From the NCBI RefSeq assembly GCF_963921235.1, contig NC_086097.1:101992001-102056000 (forward strand): a stretch of DNA of 64,000 bases, given 5' to 3'. Source of the DNA: Mobula hypostoma. Lineage: Eukaryota. The notes below the pieces were generated by a model. That model was not told the DNA's origin, ran no database searches, and saw only the letters and a program-made list of their open reading frames with translations. Below, in pieces: positions 38,178-48,469 of this stretch (positions are counted from its first letter, which is position 1; every line of letters starts with the position of its first letter). The position numbers were made by a program, and so were the translations under genes.

Positions 38178-41100
38178 TTACATTAAATGAAAATATCGAA
38201 TAAAAGGTCCCCAAATCTGTTCAAATTTAAATGAAGAATCATAAAGGTTACTTCTAATTTTCTCCAGATTCAAACATAAAATCGTCTGAGAAAACCAAAA
38301 AAAGGTAGTTGGAGCATTAAGCTCTTTCCAATGTTGTAAAATACATCTTTTCGCCATTAAAGTAAGAAATGCAATCATTCTACGGGCTGAAGGGGAAAGA
38401 TTACTAGAAATTTTAGGTAGTCCAAAGATAGCAGTAATAGGGTGAGGAGAGATATCTATATTTAATACCTTAGAAATAATATTGAAAATATCTCTCCAAA
38501 AAGTTTCCAAAGTAGGGCAAGACCAAAACATATGAGTTAAAGAGGCTATCTGCCCCGAACATCTATCACAGAAAGGATTAATATGCGAGTAAAAACGCGC
38601 TAACTTATCTTTGGACATATGTGCTCTATGAACCACTTTAAATTGAATTAGGGAATGTTTAGCACAAATAGAGGAAGTATTAACTAATTGTAAAATCTGC
38701 CCCCAATCATCCACAGAAATGGTAAGCCCCAATTCCTGTTCCCAATCTACCCTAATCTTATCAAATGGAGCTTTCCTAAGTTTCATAATAATATTATAAA
38801 TCATAGCCGATGCACCTTTCTGACATGGATTAAGGTTAATTATCGAATCTAAAATATATATAGGAGGAAGCATTGGAAAGGAAGAAAGTATAGTACTTAG
38901 GAAATTTCTAACTTGTAAATATCTAAAAAAATGTATTCTTGATAAGTTATATTTATTAGATAATTGTTCAAAAGACATAAGGGAACCATCTAAAAATAAA
39001 TCCAAAAACCGTAAAATACCCTTAGTCTTCCAAGTTTGAAAAGCGCGATCCGTAAAAGAGGGAGGAAAAAATATGTTACCTAAAATAGGAATCGCTAACC
39101 CGAATTGATTAAGATCAAAAAATTTTCTGAATTGAAACCAAATGCGCAAAGCATATTTAACTATCGGGTTAGAGACCTGCTTAAGACGTTTCGAATCAAA
39201 AGGAAGAGAGGAACCTAAAATAGAACCAAGTGTATAACCCTGAACAGATTGTAATTCCAATGCTACCCATTTAGGAATAGATAGTATGTCCCGGTCAAGT
39301 AACCAAAATTTCATATGTCGAATATTAATAGCCCAATAATAAAATCTAAAGTTAGGTAATGCTAAACCTCCATCTCTCTTAGCTTTCTGTAAATGTATTT
39401 TACCCAGTCTCGGATTCTTATTCTGCCAAATAAATGAAGAAATTTTAGAGTCAACTTTATCAAAAAAAGATTTAGGAACGAAAATTGGTAATGCCTGAAA
39501 CACATATAAAAATTTTGGCAAAAAAAACATCTTAACTGCATTAATACGACCAATCAAAGTTAAATATAAGGGAAACCATTTAGATGAAAGTTGAGTAATA
39601 TGGTCTATTAATGGTAAAAAGTTAGTCTTAAATAAATCTTTATGTTTACAAGTAATTTTAATCCCAAGATATGAAAAGTAATTATTAATCAATTTAAATG
39701 GAAATTTATAATATAAGGGAAGATGTTTATTAATCGGAAAAAGTTCACTCTTACTAAGATTTAATTTATAACCTGAGAAAAGACCAAATTGTGCTAATAA
39801 CTCTAAAACAGCAGGAATGGATCTCTCAGGATTAGAAATATATAAAAGTAAATCATCAGCATAGAGTGATAATTTATGGGACTTTAATCCCCGAGTTATC
39901 CCAGTAATATTTGAAGATTCTCGAATAGCAATTGCAAGAGGTTCTAATGCAATATCAAATAATAGGGGACTAAGAGGACAGCCTTGTCGAGTACCACGAA
40001 AGAGAGGAAAAAAAGGTGAGTTTAAGGAGTTAGTACGAACCGAGGCTACAGGGGAGTGATATAACAGTTTAATCCAGGATATAAATTTCAAGCTAAAATT
40101 AAACATTTCAAGCACCTTAAATAAATAAGGCCATTCTACTCTATCAAAAGCTTTCTCGGCATCTAAAGAAATAACACACTCAGGAACATTTTGTGAGGGA
40201 GTATAAACGATATTTAACAATGTACGAATATTATAAAAAGAGTAACGACCTTTAATAAAACCCGTTTGGTCTTCCGAAATAATAGAAGGAAGTACTTTTT
40301 CTAGTCTATTTGCTAATAACTTAGAAAAAACTTTAGAATCAACATTTAATAAAGATATTGGTCTATAAGATGCACATTGAGCAGGGTCTTTATCCTTCTT
40401 TAGTATTAAAGAAATTGATGCTCTATTAAAAGATTCCGGAAGTTTACCAAGTTTCAAAGAAGCCTCAAAAACCTTATAGAGCCAAGGAATCAATAAAGAA
40501 GCAAAACATTTATAAAATTCAACGGTAAACCCATCAGGGCCAGGAGCTTTCCCCAGATTCATAGAAAAAATAACATTCTTAATCTCATCCATTGTAATGG
40601 AAGTATCTAATAAAGAAGACATATCCTGTGAAATCAGAGGGAAGTCTAACTTATCTAAAAAATCATTCATATATTTAGAATCTCGAGGAGACTCTGATTG
40701 ATATAAAGAAGAATAAAAATCACAAAAGGTTTGATTAATCCCCACATGATCCAATATCAATCGATCATTTTGGTTATAAATCTGATTGATTTGAGATTTA
40801 ACATAATTAGATTTCAATTGATTAGCCAGCAGCTTGCCAATTTTATCACTGTGAACATAAAAATCACTTCTTGTTTTCTTTAATTGGTTTACAATCGAGG
40901 ACGAGAGTAGTAAACTGTGTTCCATTTGAAGTTCAGTTCTTTGTTTGTATAGCTCCTCAGAAGGAGCCATAACATATTTCTTATCAATTTCTTTAATCTT
41001 GTCCACAATTACCATCTCCTCCTGCTTCTGTTTCTTCCTCAAAGCAACGGAATACGAAATAATCTGACCCCGAATATAGGCTTTAAAAGTGTCCCAAAGA

Positions 41101-41954
41101 GTGTTAACCGAAATATCTTCTGTATGGTTAATTGTAAAAAAAAGCTCAATCTGTTCATTCATAAAATTAACAAAGTCCGAGTCCTGAAGCAACAGCGAAT
41201 TAAAACGCCATTGTCTATTGTTTGGTATATTGGCCATAATTTTAATAGAAAGCTTAAGTGGAGCATGATCCGAAATGGTTATAGAATCATAATCACATTT
41301 AATCACTGAAGGAATGAGACGAGAATCAATGAAAAAATAATCAATTCTTGAATAGGAATGATGAACATGTGAAAAGAAGGAAAAATCTTTTTCCTGAGGA
41401 TGCAGAAAACGCCAAATGTCCGTCGACCCAGAATCAGAAAGGAAAAAATTAATCAAATTTGCAGATTTATTAGGTAAAGTCCGTAAAGGAGCCGAACGGT
41501 CCAAAGCTGGAGATAAACAGGTATTAAGATCTCCGCCCCAAATCAATGAAAACTCGTTCAAATTCGGAAACTGATCAAACAATGATTTATAAAATTCCGG
41601 ACAATCCATATTAGGAGCATAAACATTAACCAAAACTACTTTTTTATTAAATAATAAACCACTAACCAATAAAAATCTACCATTCGGATCAGAGATAATA
41701 TCCTGTTGTATAAAAGTAACTGAGGAGTCTATAAAAATAGAGACGCCTCGAATCTTAGCATTGGAGTTCGAATGAAATTGTTGTCCCTTCCAAAATTTGA
41801 AAAAACGTAGTCTGTCCCCCCTCCGTACATGGGTCTCTTGTAAAAATAAAATTTGTGCTTTAAGTCTCCGGAACACTTTAAAAACTTTTTTCCTTTTAAT
41901 AGGATGATTAAGACCATTAGTATTCCAGGAGACAAAATTAATAATAGACTCCAT
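38178..41954 (-). CDS. L1 ORF2p (APE endonuclease, reverse transcriptase, C-terminal CCHC), 1258 aa from MESIINF
   Basis: Uninterrupted frame with SWNTNGLN, LQETH, GGDLN, SRIDY, SDHAP, RGTRQGCPLSP, LYADD and CDRC...THMFWSC. Confidence 0.96.
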   Translation of the reverse strand: MESIINFVSWNTNGLNHPIKRKKVFKVFRRLKAQILFLQETHVRRGDRLRFFKFWKGQQFHSNSNAKIRGVSIFIDSSVTFIQQDIISDPNGRFLLVSGLLFNKKVVLVNVYAPNMDCPEFYKSLFDQFPNLNEFSLIWGGDLNTCLSPALDRSAPLRTLPNKSANLINFFLSDSGSTDIWRFLHPQEKDFSFFSHVHHSYSRIDYFFIDSRLIPSVIKCDYDSITISDHAPLKLSIKIMANIPNNRQWRFNSLLLQDSDFVNFMNEQIELFFTINHTEDISVNTLWDTFKAYIRGQIISYSVALRKKQKQEEMVIVDKIKEIDKKYVMAPSEELYKQRTELQMEHSLLLSSSIVNQLKKTRSDFYVHSDKIGKLLANQLKSNYVKSQINQIYNQNDRLILDHVGINQTFCDFYSSLYQSESPRDSKYMNDFLDKLDFPLISQDMSSLLDTSITMDEIKNVIFSMNLGKAPGPDGFTVEFYKCFASLLIPWLYKVFEASLKLGKLPESFNRASISLILKKDKDPAQCASYRPISLLNVDSKVFSKLLANRLEKVLPSIISEDQTGFIKGRYSFYNIRTLLNIVYTPSQNVPECVISLDAEKAFDRVEWPYLFKVLEMFNFSLKFISWIKLLYHSPVASVRTNSLNSPFFPLFRGTRQGCPLSPLLFDIALEPLAIAIRESSNITGITRGLKSHKLSLYADDLLLYISNPERSIPAVLELLAQFGLFSGYKLNLSKSELFPINKHLPLYYKFPFKLINNYFSYLGIKITCKHKDLFKTNFLPLIDHITQLSSKWFPLYLTLIGRINAVKMFFLPKFLYVFQALPIFVPKSFFDKVDSKISSFIWQNKNPRLGKIHLQKAKRDGGLALPNFRFYYWAINIRHMKFWLLDRDILSIPKWVALELQSVQGYTLGSILGSSLPFDSKRLKQVSNPIVKYALRIWFQFRKFFDLNQFGLAIPILGNIFFPPSFTDRAFQTWKTKGILRFLDLFLDGSLMSFEQLSNKYNLSRIHFFRYLQVRNFLSTILSSFPMLPPIYILDSIINLNPCQKGASAMIYNIIMKLRKAPFDKIRVDWEQELGLTISVDDWGQILQLVNTSSICAKHSLIQFKVVHRAHMSKDKLARFYSHINPFCDRCSGQIASLTHMFWSCPTLETFWRDIFNIISKVLNIDISPHPITAIFGLPKISSNLSPSARRMIAFLTLMAKRCILQHWKELNAPTTFFWFSQTILCLNLEKIRSNLYDSSFKFEQIWGPFIRYFHLM

Positions 41955-42676
41955 AAATCCTAAAGTCAACCCATAACAAGGAGGATTGACAATAGGCGCG
42001 ACCCACAAACCCGGAGAGGAAACAGAACATACAAAAGATACCGGGGAAAAGGACGCAACCAATACTTCAATAATGTATATAGCCCAAAGAGAAACAAACT
42101 AAAACGTGAAGCCCCTCCCACCGCCCCCCACCCCAGGACCCCAAGGCGAAATCTAAAGCAGACCCGCCAGAAAGAAGCAAGCGCTAAAACTACCCCCATG
42201 ACTTCCGGTATACGCTCCCTAAAAAAAAGGTATAAATATGAAAAGGATCAGCTAATTGTAAAACAGTAAAAAAAAATAAGTAAAAAAAAGTTAGCTCAAT
42301 TAAAATACACACAGAACAGAACAAAAGCCGGAAAGTATATATTAAAAAAAAACCACAATAAACCTCAAACTCATGAATAGACACAGCAACAAAAAAAATA
42401 GGATTATTAACATAAAATGATTATAAAAAGCAAAACAGAATAAAATTTAAAAAAAACTACAAAATTTAAGGCCGCACAGGAAATACGTAAGATGACAAAA
42501 GGGAAGTAACCACCCAGAATCCCCTGGGAAAAGAAAGAAATGACGCAGTTAAAAAGAAAGTTTAGCAGCCATATTAAGAAATCGAAAGTAAACTTTTCTG
42601 CCCAAATAGGGCACAGAAAAGTTAAAACCAACCAATTCACAGCCTCCGATCAACGGAGAAAATTAAAAAAAGGCAA

Positions 42677-43576
42677 TTAAGATGTTGAAGATGAAAGTTG
42701 ATCCAGATAACTCTGGGCATCCGATGGAGAATCAAAAAAACGAAGAGCTCCATCTAACATGCGAATCCTTAGACGTGCAGGGTACAGCAGCGCTGGTCTT
42801 AAATCCATCTTATAGAATTCCGACATCACGGATCTGTAACGGACCCGTTGGTCCCAAATTGGTTTACTGAAATCTTCCACGAATCGGAACTTAAGATCCG
42901 AAAAATCAATGAAACCTTTAGATCGAGCGAATCGAAACAGTCTCTCCTTGTCTTGAAAGTAATGAAAACGTAAGATAACATGCCTAGGTCTATCTGACCT
43001 AGACGAGTATGATGGGATTCTGTGAACACGATCCAGTAGCGGTGGTTGGTCAGGAAATACAGTAGGGAATGCATCTTTTAAAAGTTGGGAGAAATATTTC
43101 ATAGGGTTGTTAGCTTCCACGGCTTCCCTGACGCCAATCATTCGTAAATTCTGCCGTCGCATTCTAGATTCCAAGTCAGAGTTTTTAAAAGTCAAAAAGT
43201 CAAGTTTCTTCTTCATTACATTAATTGTTTCTTCGACTTTCCCCATCTTAAGCTCACTTTGTTGCGCGGATTTTTGAAGACCAGATATAGCCGACTGATG
43301 TTCCGCAATACATGTTTGCATCTTATCAATTAAATCGGCAATTTTCTGGAACTTAGTTGAGATTTCCATATGAATCAGGTCTTTAACAGAGCCCATAATT
43401 TCTGTACGAATCATCTCCCTAACAGAGGTTGAAATTTCCCTCTGAATTAACTCCGATATAGCTTTCAAAGTCACCGGTGATTCAGTCGGAGGGAGATCCG
43501 TAGCTTTCGGTTTAACCGGAGGTTTACCATCCTTGCCGTCTTTCCCGTTCTTAGACATAGCCGATCTCAGTATCAT
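42677..43576 (-). CDS. L1 ORF1p (coiled coil + RRM + CTD)
   Basis: 299-aa open frame with DLESRMRRQNLRMIGVRE, LDRVHR, RPRHVILRF and LLYPARLRI. The start may be the second Met. Confidence 0.92.
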   Translation of the reverse strand: MILRSAMSKNGKDGKDGKPPVKPKATDLPPTESPVTLKAISELIQREISTSVREMIRTEIMGSVKDLIHMEISTKFQKIADLIDKMQTCIAEHQSAISGLQKSAQQSELKMGKVEETINVMKKKLDFLTFKNSDLESRMRRQNLRMIGVREAVEANNPMKYFSQLLKDAFPTVFPDQPPLLDRVHRIPSYSSRSDRPRHVILRFHYFQDKERLFRFARSKGFIDFSDLKFRFVEDFSKPIWDQRVRYRSVMSEFYKMDLRPALLYPARLRIRMLDGALRFFDSPSDAQSYLDQLSSSTS

Positions 43577-44528
43577 CCAATTGTCAGAGAATTCAGTTTA
43601 ATTCAAAGTATTGTAAAAATTGATGCCTTAATAGTTAATTAAAGTATAGCTGACCATAGAGAGAAAAAACTCAGAGGTAATGGAGCGAGTCAAGAACGCG
43701 ACTTCACTCCATGAGCGCTACCGGAAGTCTCCCCCCCATTCCTCAATTCCACCCAAATAGCCTTCCTAGATGAGCCCTCTAATCCATCCTGCCAGAGCAC
43801 CTCTGTAATATTTTCTCTGACAAGCAATGCAACACCTCCCCCTCTTGTCCCTCCGATTCTATCACACCTGGAGCAACGAAATCCAGGAATATTTAGTTAC
43901 CAATCTTACCCCTCCTGCAACCATGTTTCACTAATAGCTACCACATCATACTTCCAGGTATCAATCCATGCTTTAAGCTCATCCAGCTTTCTTATAATGC
44001 ACCTAGCATTAAAATAAATGCATTTAAGAAATTTACCACCTCTTACTCTCTGTTTGTCACTAACGGTGCAAACAACTTTACTATTTTCTTTTTCTTCCTT
44101 CTCCACTACATCTGTTCCTACACTCTGGTTCCGCTCCCCCCTTGTATCTAGTTTAAATCCACTGGAGCCTCTCAAGCAAACCTACCTGCAAGAGTATCTG
44201 TCCCCCTCCAGTTCAGATGTAAACCGTCCCGCCGGAACAGGTCCCACCTTCCCTGGAAAACCTCCCAAGGTATCTATAAATCTGAAGCCCTCCCTTCTGC
44301 ACCATGTCTTCAGCCACGTGTTGATCTGCACTATCTTACTATTTCTAAACCCGCCTGCACGTGGCACTGGTAGCAATCCTGAGATTGCTATCCTGGAGGT
44401 CCTGTCCTTTAACTTGGCATCTAACTCCCTAAACTCACCTTTCAGGACCTCCTCACTCTTTCTACCCACGTCATTGGTCCCTACATGGACCACGACATCT
44501 GGCTGCTCATCCTCCCTCTTGAGAATAC

Positions 44529-45369
44529 TGTTACGTACCCCGTAACTGGGTTGCCAAACCAGCAGAAATGGATCACTCAGTTGGAGTCTGGAGTACTAGA
44601 ATTAAGAAAGTTTTATTAAAGAAACAAGCAACATAGTAATCGAAAGGGTAATAAATGCAACAGTTCAGTGATGATAAACACACATGTGCACAGCATTAAG
44701 ATAACAGCATCAATCAAGCTCTATCGTTGTCTAGGGGTTAAATGACCAAATTCAAAATGACTCAAAGTTCAGTTCGCAGTAATCGTTGCCATGGCGATGG
44801 ACAAGGTGGGGAAGAGAGACATAGAATAGGAACAACTCATCATTCAGCACAGCTTCACTCACAGACCAGCGAGATGGCTCACAAACAGCATTTGGGCGGG
44901 TCCTTGGTGATGTCACCTGAGGTCACCGACTGTGACCCCTCCTCCAGATGCGGTCGATCCTCTGCAGTGAACCCGGCACCCAGGCAAGGGCGGACACACA
45001 CCGGGTTCCCGCTGATCGTACCTTTCCACCCTGTGCGTTGTCCGGTTCTTCTCACCACTCGTGAGAAGCGCACCGCTTCCAGGGTCTCGTTACCTCGGGT
45101 GGCGTGTGTGTCTGTCTTAGCGAACCTGTCCCTTTTTATCCCCCTGCTGGGGTATCGCCTGTCCATCACTTCAAACAGTTCAGGGCTCAAAGGGGGGAGC
45201 CGCTCCAGACAGCTCTTCCTCCCACATCCCTTCATTACACATCTCCAGACGCTGCTCCATTGTTCCTTATCTCTCCTTCCCCTGAGGGCAGGTGGCAGAC
45301 CAACTGCTGATGCCACTGATGCTAGCCCAGGCCAGCAAACATCTTAATTTTATGTGTATTCTCGTAACA
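44529..45369 (-). repeat. 3' LTR of the Gmr1-type element
   Basis: Direct repeat of 48470-49310; only one mismatch was spotted by eye. Confidence 0.95.
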
Positions 45370-45538
45370 CTTCCCCCCTTTAAGGATTTTTACCGGGAGG
45401 TAAAAATTACAAACATGACTACATTATCTGATACATACACAATATACATCTTTAACAGTTATTTAGCTAATACAGAGAATTTGAAATTGTCAACACCTTG
45501 ACAGACAATCACATTTTCTGTTCCTTTTACACGTGTTA

Positions 45539-48370
45539 TTAATAATCCCTTAGACCAGGCTCCAACTCAGCAAACTTCATAGTGGCCAAAAACACTGATG
45601 AATTGCGACCAATGTAACCTCTCATTTGGTTTTGTCCCGGACCACAACAACAAGGGTCGTCCCATTCCGACTCAATTTTCCCTCGCAAGGGCTTAGTAGG
45701 AGGGGGACGGGTATTGACCGCAGAGTTATTGCAAAACTTCCTGCAGTACCCCACCATCTCCAAAAGCCTTCTGAGGGCCCTCTTGTCTGTCGGGGTTGGG
45801 AGGTCAGCGATAGCCTGCACTGTAGCTTGCATCACTGCCAGCTGCCCCTGTGTCACCACAATTCCCAGGTAAGTGACATTCGTGTGGCCGAATTCATTTT
45901 TTCCAAGGCTCACTATCACGCTGGCTTCAGACAGCCGTATTAAATTGCCAATACACACCTCTGTGTTCATCAGCCCTTTAGTCACTGAATTACTCGAAAA
46001 ATATGGGTGTTGTTTGCTTGGCTGCCCTATTGTAACAGACATAACCCAACGTCCCAGTTCTTTGCAGTTCCTCGGGACAATCAAACACATGGGTGCGAGT
46101 CGTTTAATTACTCCTTCGGGGATTAAGGGAGAGACCTTATCAGTAGACCTGGCCAAAACAATAGCCTTCTCCCATCTGACCGATCCCATCCTAATCTTTT
46201 CAAAATGGTTTTTTCCTCTTATCAAGGGGCCCCTAGCTTCATTGATTTCCACGCTAACACCGACTAGGTTTGTTAGCATATCAAAAGCCGGTGACCGTGT
46301 CAGTTCGCGTCGGTCATGATCAATAACATTTTTCCCCCTGGGCAGCCGGTAACTCTCTTTCATGATTCCACCAACTGTTTCCTCCAGCACCGCAAAATGT
46401 CCACCGGGGGGTACCTCGTGGGCCATGTTAAAAACCTCATCCCCGTAACTCTTTTGCACCACCCCCCACTCCTCATCTGCGGGTACTGTACTTGATTTCC
46501 CTTTCTTCCTTAGCACTTCCTCATCCGCACAATAGCCTACTAGTTCCCTTGTCAAGGCTGTGTCAGAGAGAGCTGTCTCGGCCAAAACCATCAGCCCCTC
46601 GTCTCGCTCCTGCGTCTGCACAAATTCTTTCCTGGCTACTGCTACGTCCGTCCCAGCTCCCTCACTACCTCTTATCTCACTACACCCTGTCTCATACAAG
46701 GTTGGCAGAAATGTTTCAGCCAAATTCACCATCGCGGGCGGGGCCTCCATGCTGGCAGGCTGACCCGTCAATCTCACGACTGGGAACACGATTCCTCCGG
46801 CGATGTCATTACCGAGCAAGACTTCCACGTCTTTCATCGGTAATTCGGACCTCACCCCGATCGTGACTAGTCCAGAGACCAGGTTGCTCTGTAAATGTAT
46901 CTGGTGCAAAGGGACTGACTCTGTCCCTTCCCCAACACCTTTGACCTCTACCTCCCCAGTCTGGGTCTCTGAGCTAAACTCTAATACACTCTTCAGTATT
47001 AGTGACTGACACGCTCCCGTGTCTCTCCAGATCCGCACTGGAACTGGTTTTAACCTCTTTTTCACTGACACCAGTCCGGCCGAGATAAACCTCTCGCGCC
47101 CTTCCTGGACTTTTTCAGACCTGTCCTTCCCTAGCGGTTCGCTTAACAGCTCGATACAGCCATTCAAAATTTCCACTTTTCCTTTCCCCGTCTCCTTCCT
47201 TGGGGCAAAGCACCTGGACGCAAAGTGTCCGGCTTTCCCACAATTATAACAGACGACCCCAGGAGACTTCCTACCAGACTGCTCCCGGTCTGCCTTATCC
47301 TTTTCACTAGTCCCCGGCTTACTTTCTGACTTTTCCGGTGGACTCTCCCCGCCGTCCTGACTACCCTTCTGGTAGCCTTTACTCGGGGCAACCTTCATTT
47401 TATGCGTCAACGCATACTCATCCGCTAACTTAGCAGTTGCGGCTAACGTGGCTGCCTCTTTCTCATCGAGGTAGGGTCTCATACCCTCAGGGACACAACC
47501 TTTAAACTGCTCAATCAGAATCAGCTGCAGCAGTCTGTCATAATCCCCCTCTACCCCTTTCGAGGCGCACCAACGCTCACAATATGTTTGCATCTCGCGA
47601 GCAAACTCCAAATACGTGCGGTCCCACCGCTTCCTCGCATTCCGGAATCTCTGCCGGTATGCCTCCGGGACCAACTCATAAGTCCTGAGGATGGCCTCCT
47701 TCACCACCTCATACTTCTGGGCATCTTCCGGGGATAAAGCGGAGTAAGCTTGTTGGGCTTTCCCTTTCAGTACACTCTGAAGTAAAACAACCCACTTATC
47801 CCTCGGCCAGTCCTGACTTATAGCTACTTTTTCGAAGTGGAGAAAGTACCGATCCACATCGGTATCGTCAAATGGGGGAACCAGCCTAACCTCCTGGGTC
47901 GCCCGGAACCCTCCACCTTGGTTCGGCACGAGCCCCTGCTCGGCCCTTATCTTTAACTTCTCCAGCTCAAATTCCCTTTCCCTCTGTTTCTCCTCTCTCT
48001 CCAACTGTCTGTCCCTCTCTCTCTCTTCTCTCTCCAACTGTCTTTCTCTCTCTTGCCTTTCTACCTCTCTCTCTTTCTCTTCGTGTTCTAACTGCCGTAC
48101 CCGGAACTCGTGCTCGAGTCTCAGTTTTTCAAGCTGTACCTGTACTGCGTCTCCAGCAGGTTTTTCAACAGACACCTCCCCCAGCTCACCTTGGGGAAAC
48201 ACACCTTTAGATACATAGTGCTCTACAATAGCTCTATGTATCTCCTCTCTCCTCATTGTCGACTTCACCTTAGAAAGATTCAACCGTTTGGCCACAGCTA
48301 ACAATTCCGATTTCCTGGCATCCTCTAATGCCTCCAAGGTCGGCGCCTTTATAAATTCCTCAACCTCCAT
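45539..48370 (-). CDS. 943-aa Gag (SCAN-like capsid, CCHC) - protease - vestigial Pol polyprotein
   Basis: YELVPEAYRQRFR...LILIEQF, CYNCGKAGHFASRC, RDTGACQS...LLGND, then only fragments of integrase and RT. Confidence 0.9.
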   Translation of the reverse strand: MEVEEFIKAPTLEALEDARKSELLAVAKRLNLSKVKSTMRREEIHRAIVEHYVSKGVFPQGELGEVSVEKPAGDAVQVQLEKLRLEHEFRVRQLEHEEKEREVERQERERQLEREERERDRQLEREEKQREREFELEKLKIRAEQGLVPNQGGGFRATQEVRLVPPFDDTDVDRYFLHFEKVAISQDWPRDKWVVLLQSVLKGKAQQAYSALSPEDAQKYEVVKEAILRTYELVPEAYRQRFRNARKRWDRTYLEFAREMQTYCERWCASKGVEGDYDRLLQLILIEQFKGCVPEGMRPYLDEKEAATLAATAKLADEYALTHKMKVAPSKGYQKGSQDGGESPPEKSESKPGTSEKDKADREQSGRKSPGVVCYNCGKAGHFASRCFAPRKETGKGKVEILNGCIELLSEPLGKDRSEKVQEGRERFISAGLVSVKKRLKPVPVRIWRDTGACQSLILKSVLEFSSETQTGEVEVKGVGEGTESVPLHQIHLQSNLVSGLVTIGVRSELPMKDVEVLLGNDIAGGIVFPVVRLTGQPASMEAPPAMVNLAETFLPTLYETGCSEIRGSEGAGTDVAVARKEFVQTQERDEGLMVLAETALSDTALTRELVGYCADEEVLRKKGKSSTVPADEEWGVVQKSYGDEVFNMAHEVPPGGHFAVLEETVGGIMKESYRLPRGKNVIDHDRRELTRSPAFDMLTNLVGVSVEINEARGPLIRGKNHFEKIRMGSVRWEKAIVLARSTDKVSPLIPEGVIKRLAPMCLIVPRNCKELGRWVMSVTIGQPSKQHPYFSSNSVTKGLMNTEVCIGNLIRLSEASVIVSLGKNEFGHTNVTYLGIVVTQGQLAVMQATVQAIADLPTPTDKRALRRLLEMVGYCRKFCNNSAVNTRPPPTKPLRGKIESEWDDPCCCGPGQNQMRGYIGRNSSVFLATMKFAELEPGLRDY

Positions 48371-48469
48371 TTCTGCTGTTTGTCTTTTCTTTCTTTCGGG
48401 AATTTTAACCCAATCAATTTACTCCGTCCCAAATTTAGCGTTCAAAATCGCGGACGAGAACCCCACTTA

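Larger units (their letters stand above)
37820..43734 (-). mobile_element. Full-length, apparently intact L1-clade LINE
   Basis: TSD CCCATTCCTC (37810-37819 and 43735-43744), 5' end GGGGAGACTTCCGG, two open ORFs, AATAAA and an A/(GAAA)n tail. Confidence 0.95.

Noticed and set aside
41955..42062. 36-aa N-terminal extension of L1 ORF2 in the ORF track
   Set aside because: It starts at a non-ATG codon, and endonuclease homology begins at MESIINFVSWN (41954).
44742..45347. 201-aa ORF duplicated at 48683-49288
   Set aside because: It lies within the LTRs, antisense to the element, and has no recognisable domain. The duplication is just LTR identity.
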